Assembly: GCA_963701965.1 (NCBI GenBank)
Contig: OY969695.1
Span: 2,144,001 to 2,208,000, forward strand
Length of the DNA: 64,000 nucleotides
Direction: 5' to 3'
From: an uncultured Gemmatimonadales bacterium
GTDB taxonomy: Bacteria > Gemmatimonadota > Gemmatimonadetes > Gemmatimonadales > Gemmatimonadaceae
The notes beneath the pieces were generated by a model. That model was not told the DNA's origin. It saw nothing but the letters and a program-made list of their open reading frames with translations, and did no database searches. Shown here in pieces: positions 30,111 to 39,679 of this stretch; the stretch's first letter is position 1; the number at the start of each line of letters is the position of its first letter. Both the position numbers and the translations under genes were made by a program.

Positions 30111-30117
30111 ACCATCA

Positions 30118-31101
30118 ATGCGCCCGACCGCCCATCCCCAGAGTGCTCTCCGCGCACCCCTGAACACGATTCTCGGCACTGAGGCTCGGGTGCGCATCAT
30201 GCGCGTCCTCGCCACGACCGATTCCCCAATGGGGCCCGGCGAGGTAGCCCGGCGCGCGGCGCTCAACCGATCTGGCGTGCGGCTCTCGCTCGCGGAGCTC
30301 GTCGCGGCGGGCCTGATTGAAACTGTCGGCAGTGGTCGCGCACTCGTTCAGCTCCGTCGTGTCCACCCGTTGACCCCGGCAATCGTCGCCCTCTTCGCCG
30401 CGGAGGCGGCACGTACCGACTCGGTGTTCGAGCAGATTCGCCGCATAGTCCATGCGAATATCCCGATGACAGACGTCCGCGCCGCATGGTTGCAAGGGCC
30501 GCTCGTCACGGGTGACGATCGGTTGGGTGACACGCTCACCGTCGGTTTGTTGGGCACCGCGGCGACCGTCGACAACGCGGCGGTGACGCTCCGCTCGGCG
30601 CTCGCTCCGCTCGCGCACTCACACGACCTGATGATCGAGGTACGGGCGTTGACCAATGCGGACCTGATGACATTGTCGGCAGCAGATCGCAGGGCCCTGG
30701 CTGACACGCTTCCGCTCCTGGGCCCACCGCCATCTGCACTCGCGGAGCCGGGCGCGCCACGAGGTCGGACGCGACCCAAACGCACGCACGCCGATCTTGA
30801 TGCCCAGGCGCTGGCGATGAGCCGTGCGGTTGCCAAGAAACTGTCCACGCACCCCGAATTGGCGTCACGTGCCCGGCGCTACATACTTGGGCGCACCCGC
30901 AAGGCGTCGGCAAGCGAACGCGCGACGCTCGAGGAGTGGGACGAGATCCTCACGACCATGTCGATCCCGCGACTCCGCCGGTTCCTCACGGATCCCGGCC
31001 CGCGCGCCACGCGACTTCGCCAGTCCCTCCCGTTCGTCGACGCGCTCTCGCAACAGGAGCGCGAAGCATTACGTAAGGCCTTGCGACCCTCGACGAGATG
31101 A
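30118..31101 (+). CDS. wHTH protein with degenerate NTase-like middle and C-terminal RQSxPF domain (putative antitoxin/regulator)
   Basis: RVRIMRVL...GEVARRAALNRSGVRLSLAELVAAGLI HTH; LEEWDEIL...RLRQSLPF tail. Confidence 0.7.
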   Translation: MRPTAHPQSALRAPLNTILGTEARVRIMRVLATTDSPMGPGEVARRAALNRSGVRLSLAELVAAGLIETVGSGRALVQLRRVHPLTPAIVALFAAEAARTDSVFEQIRRIVHANIPMTDVRAAWLQGPLVTGDDRLGDTLTVGLLGTAATVDNAAVTLRSALAPLAHSHDLMIEVRALTNADLMTLSAADRRALADTLPLLGPPPSALAEPGAPRGRTRPKRTHADLDAQALAMSRAVAKKLSTHPELASRARRYILGRTRKASASERATLEEWDEILTTMSIPRLRRFLTDPGPRATRLRQSLPFVDALSQQEREALRKALRPSTR

Positions 31102-31634
31102 CTCGAGAGGAGCTCGAACACGCCATTCGGGCCGCATGTGACGTCAGCGACGACACCGAAGTTCACGTGTTCGGCTCGCAGGCGATCCTCGGACCGTTCC
31201 CTGATGCGCCGGCGAGCCTCCGTCAGTCGGTGGAGGTCGACATGGCGCCGGTGCATCGCCTCGACCAAATCGACGCGATCGACGGCGCTCTTGGCGAATT
31301 GTCGCCGTTTCACGCCACCCATGGTTTCTACGTACATGGGATTCCCGTGGAAGCGGCCACCCTCCCCGACGGCTGGCGCGGTCGGTTGGTGAAGGTGCAA
31401 AACGCCAACACGCGCCAGCGAATCGGATGGTGTTTGGCCGCGGCGGATCTCGCGGCTAGCAAGCTCGTTGCGTTCCGCGACAAAGACCGTGCATTCGTGC
31501 GCGCGTTGCTCGGCGCAAAGCTGATAGCGGCCCGCGAACTGATTGACGCACTGCTTCTGCTGCCGATTCAACCGACCGAACGCGACCGGCTCATCGTCTG
31601 GATCCGGAGCACGGCAGGCGATTTTGCGCGATGA
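31098..31634 (+). CDS. DUF6036-like nucleotidyltransferase (putative toxin)
   Basis: ATGA coupling; VFGSQAILG, SVEVD, GELSPFHATHGFY, LPDGW, DLAASKL..RDKD. Confidence 0.8.
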   Translation: MTREELEHAIRAACDVSDDTEVHVFGSQAILGPFPDAPASLRQSVEVDMAPVHRLDQIDAIDGALGELSPFHATHGFYVHGIPVEAATLPDGWRGRLVKVQNANTRQRIGWCLAAADLAASKLVAFRDKDRAFVRALLGAKLIAARELIDALLLLPIQPTERDRLIVWIRSTAGDFAR

Positions 31635-31672
31635 CGCTGGGCCTCGGTATCGCGTCAGTGCGTCCGGCTCGG

Positions 31673-32193
31673 CTAGGGCTCGCGCAAAATATCGGGTCCT
31701 GGGGACAAATCAATTGCCGAGCCGGCGGACGGTGACGGTGCTGGAGTCGGTTGCCGCCAACGTTTCAAAAGCCAAATCAACATGAGGATCGCGAAGAGGT
31801 TGATTGCGATCCCTCTCTTGTCCAACTGACTGGTGTTCCAGTACACGTCGGCGGCTGCGTTCGCGCCGATCACCAAATCGGGCGTGCCGTTGATCCACAC
31901 CGCGGTCACACTGGGACCGATCACGAAACCCAGCGCGAACCACCCGGTGTACAAGCGCACCACCTGCAGCGCCTGAATCCCCCGCGACAGCAGGACGCCC
32001 AACCGCACACCGCGCACCAGCAGGACGCCGGCCGCCATCGACACCATGCCGACGCCCGCGACTATCGCTGACAATCCCTTCGGCGTGCCAGCAGAGAGCA
32101 GAGCCGCGAACGCGGCATAGGTCAGCCAGGCACCGCCGCCGATCTCCGCGACCGCGGCAACAGTGCGGATGCTGAGCGGAATCGTGGTGTCAC
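31673..32193 (-). CDS. Hypothetical membrane protein (probable 1-nt deletion just after the GTG start)
   Basis: Hydrophobic frame extends upstream of the track start (DTTIPLSIRTVAAVAEIGGGAWL); GGAG-spaced GTG at 32193 is one base out of frame. Confidence 0.55.
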
Positions 32194-32363
32194 GCGCTCC
32201 CAGCGCCGCGAGCCGCGTCCTCCACCGCGCCAGCGCCAGGTCCCAGTCCGCCGGCCGACGGCAGCGCCGCAGCGCAATGATCGCGCCAAAGCGGAAAGGA
32301 TATTACGATCGTCCACGGTGAAAATCGTGTCACCTGATAGAAAGCGGCGCTGAGCAACTGAAT

Positions 32364-32768
32364 ATGGAGCTCCTGCGTCCGCACCACCCCACCGCTCCAG
32401 GGCACGTGGACCGCGCCGACCCCGACGAGGTGCCCAAGCACACGCCGGACTCGGCCTGGATCGCCGTGATGCACTACGACCCCATCAAGACCCTGGAGCG
32501 GGTGCGCGTGCCCGTGCTCATCTTCTACGGCGGCGCCGACCCCTGGGTCCCGGTGGCGGCGTCGGTCGAACGGCTGAGACCGATCGCGGCGCGCAAAGCG
32601 AATATTCACTACTATGTAATTCCCAACGCCGACCACACGCTGTCGTTCCCCAAGACGCAGACGATGGACTGGGACAAGGGCGCGCTGGAAGAACAGCAGC
32701 CCGAATCGACGGAGTATTTCTTCGTGATGGCGAGTTGGTTGACGCGGCAGTTCGCGCTGAATCCGTAG
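32364..32768 (+). pseudogene. C-terminal fragment of an alpha/beta hydrolase
   Basis: YDPIKTLERVRVPVLIFYGGADPWVP...NADH carries the catalytic Asp/His region but no GxSxG half. Confidence 0.65.
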
Positions 32769-32777
32769 GGAGGCCGA

Positions 32778-33653
32778 ATGGCGACCGACACCCGATCGGC
32801 GAGCAACACCACCGCGCCGACACAATTCAGCAAGACGCCAATGGAGACGTACGCCTATCGTCGATTCGGCGCCCGCGGCAAACTCCCGCTGCTCTGTCTG
32901 CAGCACTTCACCGGTACGCTGGACAATTGGGACCCCGCAGTCACCAATGCGTTGGTGGCAGACCGTGAGGTCATTCTGTTCGAGAGCGCCGGTCTCGGGC
33001 GCTCGACGGGCGAAGTGCCGCCGCGCATCAGCACGATGACGGCGCACGCCCTCGCCTTCGTCGACGCGCTCGGCCTGCGCCAGATCGACATCCTCGGCTA
33101 CTCGCTCGGCGGAATGATCGCCCAAGAGATCGCCCTCGCCCGGCCCTCGCTCGTTCGCAAGATGATCCTGGCCGGCACGGCGCCCGAGGGCGGCGAGGAC
33201 ATCATGCACATGGAGAAGCCGGAGCTGAGTCAGATCACGAACGATCCGGCGATCCCCGGCCTGCAAAAGCTGGTGCATCTCTTCTTCCCCCGCACCACCG
33301 CAGGCCGGGCCGCGGGCGAAGCTTTCGTCGCCCGGCTCGCCGAGCGCACGAGCGATCGCGAGCCCGTATCCGGACCCGCCGTGGCCATGGCGCAAATCGC
33401 CGCCTTCCGGGGTTGGGAGCAAGTGACCGGCGAACGGTTCGCCAAGCTCCGCGGAATCGCGCAGCCGTGTCTCGTCGTGGGCGGGGTCTTCGACAACATG
33501 ATTCCGGTCCGCAACTCCTACATGCTGAGCGAGCATCTGCCGAACGCCATGCTCCTCACGTACCCCAACGCCGGCCACGGCGCCCTCTTCCAGTTCCACG
33601 AGTCATTCGTGGCGCATGCGGAGCGGTTTCTGGATTCGGCGGAGATAGGATGA
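32778..33653 (+). CDS. Alpha/beta hydrolase
   Basis: GGAGG RBS; LQHFTGTLDNWDP, GYSLGG, GHGALFQ. Confidence 0.9.
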   Translation: MATDTRSASNTTAPTQFSKTPMETYAYRRFGARGKLPLLCLQHFTGTLDNWDPAVTNALVADREVILFESAGLGRSTGEVPPRISTMTAHALAFVDALGLRQIDILGYSLGGMIAQEIALARPSLVRKMILAGTAPEGGEDIMHMEKPELSQITNDPAIPGLQKLVHLFFPRTTAGRAAGEAFVARLAERTSDREPVSGPAVAMAQIAAFRGWEQVTGERFAKLRGIAQPCLVVGGVFDNMIPVRNSYMLSEHLPNAMLLTYPNAGHGALFQFHESFVAHAERFLDSAEIG

Positions 33654-33662
33654 GCTCGAATC

Positions 33663-36109
33663 CTACTCCGATTGAATGGCGACGGCGGGGTCGACCCGGG
33701 TCGCGCGGAAGGCCGGCACCAGTACCGCGATGAGGGCCACGAGCATCAGACCGAGCGTCGCGAGGAGAAACGTCGCCATATCAAACGGGGATGTCCCGTA
33801 GAGCACCCCGCGGAGGAATCCCGCAAGCCCGAACGCGGTCACGATACCGAAACCCGCGCCCAACAGCGCGAGCGCGACCGATTGCGAGACCACGCCGGAG
33901 AGAATGCGGAGCGGCGTCGCCCCGAGCGCCATCCGAAGACCAAACTCCCTGGTCCGCTGCGTGACGCCATACGCGGTCAGGCCGTAATGCCGATCACGGC
34001 GAGGAGCACGGCGGACGCCGCGAAGACCGCGACGAGACGCGCGAGATAGCGCGGGACGGCGAGCGATGCCTCGGCAAAGCTCACGAGGGGACGAAAGCCC
34101 GAGTCTCCCACGGCGTTGTCGAATGGAATGTCCGGGAGCAGCTGGGAGACCATTCCCCGCAGGGCGGCGATCGCGCTTGACGGACTCAACGTCGTCCGCA
34201 CTTCGAGCGCGATCCCCGGCCACACCTCTCGCGTGTACGGCACGTACACTTCCGGCCCCGGCGTGTCGGTGAATCCGAATTGCCGCACGTCATCGACGAC
34301 GCCGATGACCACGCTGGGCATGGGCTGGCCATATCCGGGGCGGTTGGCCGACGCGCGAAAGAGCGTGACGGGACGTCCGATCGGGTCTTGGTTCGGCCAA
34401 TCCCGCGCCGCCATGGCGGCGTCGATCACGACGCCGTCGCTGGCCGTCGCCATGTCGGTCGCGGTAAACCACCGGCCGCGCAGCAGGTGGAGGCCCATCG
34501 TGCGGAGGTATCCGTCCGAGACGGTGAAGTAGAGGGCGCTACTTTGGACCGCCAATGGCGCGTCGGGCCGCACAACCTTGGTGATGACATTCCCACCAGT
34601 CAGCGGCGGAGTATTCACGACCGCCGCGGCCTCCATGCCCGGCACGGCGGACGCGCGACCAATAATGGTTCGATACAACTCCGCCGCCTGCTCCGGTCGG
34701 CCGTACTGGCTGGCGGGGGGAAAGATGTAGAACGTGATGACGTGGTTGGGATTGAAGCCGAGCGAAACCCGCGCCAGACGGCCGAGCGTGTTGACCAACA
34801 GGCCGGCGCCGACCACGAGCACGAGGGCGAGCCCGAACTGACCGACCGTCAACACTCCCCGGACCCGACTCTCCCGGCGTCCGCTGGTCGACCCGCGCCC
34901 GAATTGAAGCGCCGGCATCGCACCTTCTCGGCCGATACGAAGCGCCGGCAGCACGCTGGCCGCGATCCCCGTGAGCACGGCGAGCATCACCGCGGCCGCC
35001 ACGATGCGGGCATCCATCGTGAGCTCCTGGGTCCGCGGCAGTCCGGGGACGGCGCCCGCGGCAACCAATCGCACGACCCAGGCGCCGAGAGCCGTTCCAA
35101 ACACACCTCCGGTCAGCGCGAGGAGGATCCCTTCGACGAGAGTCTGCCACGCCAGCCTGGCGCCGGTCGCGCCCAGCGCTATCTGCACGGCCCGCTCCCG
35201 CGCTTGGCGCATCCCGCGCGCAACCGCCAGGTTCGAGATGTTGAGGCACATGAGCAACCAGATCAGCATCGACGCCGCGGCCAACACGCGGAGTGGCACG
35301 GTGACATCGCCGACCACGTCCTGCTCGAGCGGGACCACGTCCATCAATGTCCAGTCGGCGTCGCCCGGATCGGCGCTCGCCCACCGGGCCTGGACCGCGC
35401 TGAGGTTCGCCACCACACTCGCCACGGTGGTGCCGGGTCGCAGCCGGACGATGAGGCGGCCATCGGCGTGCCCGCCGCGGTTCCTCAGCATCGCTTCGTT
35501 GTCGTAGATGGCGCCGATCGGTCGCCACAGGCTCACCCACGCCGGATAGCCGACCCCTCTGGGCAATATGCCGATGACCCGCTCGGTCGCTTGGCCGACC
35601 CGTATGGAACGTCCGACGATCGCGGGGTCGCCGCCGAAGGCCCGTTGCCACAGGTCGTAGGATAGGACCACCACGTCGCCGCGCCCTCGACGCTCCTCAT
35701 CGGCCGTGAAGAGCCGGCCGTGCGCCGTGCGGGCGCCGAGCATGCGAAAAAATCCGGGCGACACGTTTCCCACACCGGCGCGGATCGCGCCGCCCGGCGT
35801 CACGATATCCACGCCGCGCGGGAGCAGATAGCCGAGGCTGAGGTACGATCGCGCGTGTTCCTCGAGGTCCAGAAACTCGGGATACGATGGCAGGCGCGTA
35901 TCACCGGATCGGCTGTGCTCCCAAATGATCGCGAGTCGGTTGGCGTCCGTGTACGGCAGCGGGCGCAACAGGACCTGATCGACGACGGTCAGCACGGCGA
36001 TCACCTGGGCGAGCGTGAGCACCAGCGTCAGGAGCGTCGCCATCGCGTACGTCTTGCTCCGGATCAACGATCGGAGCACCGGCCGCAGCGCATCGAACGC
36101 GGTGGACAT
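33663..36109 (-). CDS. ADOP-type ABC permease with one frameshift near 33987
   Basis: Restoring one base (ATTAC to ATTTAC) joins LLAVIGI to YGLTAYGVTQRTREFGLRMALGA. Confidence 0.85.
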
Positions 36110-36135
36110 GGCCCCAATGTAGCATCAGCCGGGTC

Positions 36136-36166
36136 TTGACATTGTTGTCGACAGACGACAACAATG
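36136..36166 (+). promoter_or_regulatory. PadR operator overlapping a promoter
   Basis: TTGACA at 36136 overlapping the perfect inverted repeat CATTGTTGTCG-acaga-CGACAACAATG (36140-36166). Confidence 0.75.
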
Positions 36167-36171
36167 AAGAC

Positions 36172-36501
36172 ATGAGCCCCGACGATCGGCTCCAGGGTAC
36201 GCTCGACCTGCTCATCCTCCGGACGCTGGCGGACGCGCCGCTGCACGGGTGGGCCATCTCGCGCCGGATTCGGGAACGATCCGGGGACGTCCTGCAAGTC
36301 AATCAGGGCTCCCTCTATCCCGCCCTCCACCGTCTCGAAGACGACGGCTGGCTGGCGGCCGAATGGGGCGTGGCCGAAACCGGCCGGCGGGCCAAGGTGT
36401 ATCGTCTCACCGCGCAAGGCCGTCGCGCCTGCGAGCGTGAAGAGCGCGGATGGCTCGCGTTTGTCGCCGCCGTCACGCAGGTGCTGCAATCGGCCGTATG
36501 A
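36172..36501 (+). CDS. padR: PadR family transcriptional regulator (ADOP-associated type)
   Basis: LQGTLDLLIL, PLHGWAI, QGSLYPALHRLE, RRAKVYRLT. Confidence 0.92.
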   Translation: MSPDDRLQGTLDLLILRTLADAPLHGWAISRRIRERSGDVLQVNQGSLYPALHRLEDDGWLAAEWGVAETGRRAKVYRLTAQGRRACEREERGWLAFVAAVTQVLQSAV

Positions 36502-36508
36502 AGCGCCC

Positions 36509-39079
36509 ATGAAGATCCTCCGGCGGATCCGCTCCATCGTGTCCCGGCGCGCCGCCGAGCGCGATCTCGACGACGAGATCGCGCTGCATCTGACTCTCGA
36601 GGCCGAGCAGCTCGAGCGGCAGGGCCTCGACGCCCGCGCCGCGGCCGCGACCGCGCGCCGGCGCTTCGGCCGGATCGAGGCGATCAAAGACGCCCTCCGC
36701 GCCGTGCGGGGCGTCGAGCCCTTCGAGGATCTTCGCCGCGACCTGGCCTTCGCCGCGCGCGCCCTGCGGCGCCGCCCGGGGTTCGCCACGGTCGTCGTCC
36801 TGACCCTGGTCATCGGCCTGGCCAGCGCGACCACGATATTCGGCGTCGTCTATGGCGTCCTGTGGGCGCCCCTGCCGTACGCCGACGCGGACCGCGTGGT
36901 CACCGTCTGGCAGACCGACTTGCCCCATAGCATCGCACGCGGCCCGGTGTCGCTGCCCAATCTCCTCGATTGGCGCGAGCGCTCCCGATCATTCGCCGCG
37001 CTCGCGGCCGCGGAGCCGTTCGGCGTGCGCTACGCGGCACCCGAAGGCCCCGAGCGTTTCCCCGCGTGGCGCGTCACCGACGGATTCTTTGCCGCGCTCC
37101 GCGCGACGCCGCTCCTCGGCCGCACCTTCTCCCCCGAGGAATATCAGCCCGGCAACGACGCCGTCGTCGTCCTCGACTACGATCGGTGGCGTACGCGGTT
37201 CAACGCGGATTCGAGCTTGGTCGGCCAGACGCTCATCCTGAACGACCGGCCCGTGCGCGTCATCGGCGTCATGCCGCCGACGGTCCGATTTCCACCCGGG
37301 CCGGGGATCTGGCTGCCCAAAATCCCCCAGCCCGGTGAGCTGCTGCAGCGGAACGCGAGCTACTACGTCGCCGTTGGCCGCCTCGCGCCTGGCGTATCGC
37401 TGGAACGCGCGCGCCGGGACCTGCAGCGCGTCGCGGGCGATCTGGCGCGCGAGTACCCGGCGGTGGATCGCGACGTCAGCGTGTCCCTCGTGCCGTTGGC
37501 GGACGATCTCGTCGGTCATGTGCGTGGCCGGCTGTTGCTCGTGTTCGCGTCCGTCGGCCTACTATTGCTTCTGACGGGCGCCAATCTCGCCATGCTGCTC
37601 CTCTCCCGCGCCGTGGAACGTGAGGGCGAGTTGCGGATCCGCGCCGCGCTCGGCGCCGGCCGCGGCCGCATCGCGCGGCAAATCATGGCCGAACACCTCC
37701 TGCTCGGCGCCCTCGGGTGGGGACTCTCCCTCATCGTCGCGCATTTCGCGCTCGGGGCCGTGCGCCTGATGGGCGCCGGCTTCCTCCCTCGCGCCGGCGA
37801 GTTGCGCATAGGCTGGCCCACGGCGCTCTTCGCCGCTCTCGTGGTGCTGGTCTTTACCGTCACACCAGCGCGGAGCCCCCAGAAGGGGCGCCGCGTGCAG
37901 CGGCTGCTCGTGGTCAGCGAAGTCGCGCTCGCACTGGTCCTGGTGATCGCGGCCGGACTGTTCGTCCGCAGCGTTCGTGCGCTGCTGGAGGTCGATCCCG
38001 GGTTCAAGCCCGCGAACGTACTGGCCCTCACGCTCCAGACCGAGCACCTGTATCCGTCGGATACTGCCCGCGCGGCCTTCGTGCGGACGCTCGAGGATCG
38101 CCTGTCCACGATTCCGGGCGTTCGCCAGGCCGGCGTGACGTCGACGCTGCCATTCGGCGGCGCCATTGGCACGGAGCGGGCCGAGTTCGAAGTCGTCGGC
38201 CGGCCGGTCGGATCGGCCCGCGAGCGGCCCAGTGTCCACGCGGCCGCTATCTCGCCCGGGTACTTTCCCGCCCTCGGCATCCCAATGCGCGTCGGGCGCC
38301 CGTTCGCGCCGACGGATGACGCGACCCATCCGCCGGTGGCGATCGTGAGCGCCACGTTCGCGCGCGCATACTGGGGCAACGCCGACCCGGTGGGTCAGCG
38401 ACTCAGCGTCTCGTTCGACAGCGACCCCACTGTGCGCGAGATCGTCGGCGTCGTCGGTGACATTCACGAGACCGGACTCGACCAACCCCCGGAGCCGGTG
38501 TTGTACGTCCCCTATGCCCAGGCCCCGATCGGTGCCGTCGTCTTCGCGCTCCCGACCTCGGTCACGCCGCGGACACTCGTGGGTGCCGTCCGGCGCGAGC
38601 TTGGCACGGTGAACGGCGCCATGCCGATCGCCTCGCTGACGACGCTCGACGAGCTCCTGGCGTCATCTACGCGCCCACCCCGCGTGATCCTGGCAGTCCT
38701 CGGCGCGTTCGCCAGCATCGCCTTGGCGCTGGCCGGACTGGGTATCTTCGGCGTCATGAGTCATGTCACGCGGAGCCGCACCAAGGAAGTCAGCATTCGC
38801 CTCGCCCTCGGCGCGTCCTCTCGCGGCATCCTGGGTCTCGTCCTCGGGGAGGCCATCGGACTCGCCGGTATCGGCGCGGTCATCGGCATTCTCGGCGCCG
38901 CGACCCTCGGACAGTCGGCCCGCGCGATGCTGTACGCCGTCTCGCCGATCGACCCCCTCACGCTCGCGGGCGGCGTCGCACTCCTGATCGCCGTCGCCGG
39001 CGTGGCCGCGTACGTGCCGGCCCGGCGCGCGGCGGCCGTCGACGCCGTCCGCGCACTGCGCGACGGCTCGTTAAACTGA
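36509..39079 (+). CDS. ADOP-type ABC permease with permease prefix domain
   Basis: DLDDEIALHL...ARRRFG prefix, two FtsX-like blocks; the linker after the first FtsX block looks shortened. Confidence 0.9.
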   Translation: MKILRRIRSIVSRRAAERDLDDEIALHLTLEAEQLERQGLDARAAAATARRRFGRIEAIKDALRAVRGVEPFEDLRRDLAFAARALRRRPGFATVVVLTLVIGLASATTIFGVVYGVLWAPLPYADADRVVTVWQTDLPHSIARGPVSLPNLLDWRERSRSFAALAAAEPFGVRYAAPEGPERFPAWRVTDGFFAALRATPLLGRTFSPEEYQPGNDAVVVLDYDRWRTRFNADSSLVGQTLILNDRPVRVIGVMPPTVRFPPGPGIWLPKIPQPGELLQRNASYYVAVGRLAPGVSLERARRDLQRVAGDLAREYPAVDRDVSVSLVPLADDLVGHVRGRLLLVFASVGLLLLLTGANLAMLLLSRAVEREGELRIRAALGAGRGRIARQIMAEHLLLGALGWGLSLIVAHFALGAVRLMGAGFLPRAGELRIGWPTALFAALVVLVFTVTPARSPQKGRRVQRLLVVSEVALALVLVIAAGLFVRSVRALLEVDPGFKPANVLALTLQTEHLYPSDTARAAFVRTLEDRLSTIPGVRQAGVTSTLPFGGAIGTERAEFEVVGRPVGSARERPSVHAAAISPGYFPALGIPMRVGRPFAPTDDATHPPVAIVSATFARAYWGNADPVGQRLSVSFDSDPTVREIVGVVGDIHETGLDQPPEPVLYVPYAQAPIGAVVFALPTSVTPRTLVGAVRRELGTVNGAMPIASLTTLDELLASSTRPPRVILAVLGAFASIALALAGLGIFGVMSHVTRSRTKEVSIRLALGASSRGILGLVLGEAIGLAGIGAVIGILGAATLGQSARAMLYAVSPIDPLTLAGGVALLIAVAGVAAYVPARRAAAVDAVRALRDGSLN

Positions 39080-39598
39080 AGAGTCCGTCGCCGTCGGAGG
39101 CAGGACGCCGTTGATCCGCAGATAGATCGCCGCCTGGCTGTAGTGATCGGACCAGTGGCCGGCGCTCTGGAACATGATCAACACTCGCGGCTCAGTGAGA
39201 CCGGCGAACGCCAATGGCTCGGTCAGTTTCGTGTCGTCGAGTGACATCAACGCCTGGTCGCAGAACGTGAACGTCTCTTTGAGACGCTCGACGAGATGGC
39301 CCTTCCCGGCCGTGGCCGCAATGGCCGGCCGCGACGGCGCCGGGACACCCGTGATCACGCTGCAGATGATGTCATTGTCCTCGGCGACGTGTATCACCAT
39401 TTCGCCAAAGGTCATCTGGGGGGCTGTCGGCTTGTAGCCGTACCGGCCCGCCGGCATCGCCTCTGCGGAGAGTATGATCCGCTTGGCGATCTTCGCGGTG
39501 TTCGCGCGAAAGGCATCGGCGACGGGCGCGCCTTGCGCCGCGGCGAGCGTGGGGGACATGATGCACGCGAACAAGACAGAGCAATTCAATACGGACAC
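39071..39598 (-). CDS. DinB family protein, secreted
   Basis: AEAMPA..YGYKPT..MTFGE..IH and HWSDHYSQAAIYLRINGVLPP. Confidence 0.8.
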   Translation of the reverse strand: MSVLNCSVLFACIMSPTLAAAQGAPVADAFRANTAKIAKRIILSAEAMPAGRYGYKPTAPQMTFGEMVIHVAEDNDIICSVITGVPAPSRPAIAATAGKGHLVERLKETFTFCDQALMSLDDTKLTEPLAFAGLTEPRVLIMFQSAGHWSDHYSQAAIYLRINGVLPPTATDSSV

Positions 39599-39660
39599 AG
39601 TGCCGCTCGGTTGAAGTTCACGTAACTAAGCGACCCGCGATCGCACGAATCAACCAACTC

Positions 39661-39676
39661 GTTGTACTAGTACAAC
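39661..39676. promoter_or_regulatory. Perfect 16-bp palindrome before the MocR gene
   Basis: GTTGTACTAGTACAAC, 3 nt before the ATG at 39680. Confidence 0.7.
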
Positions 39677-39679
39677 TTC

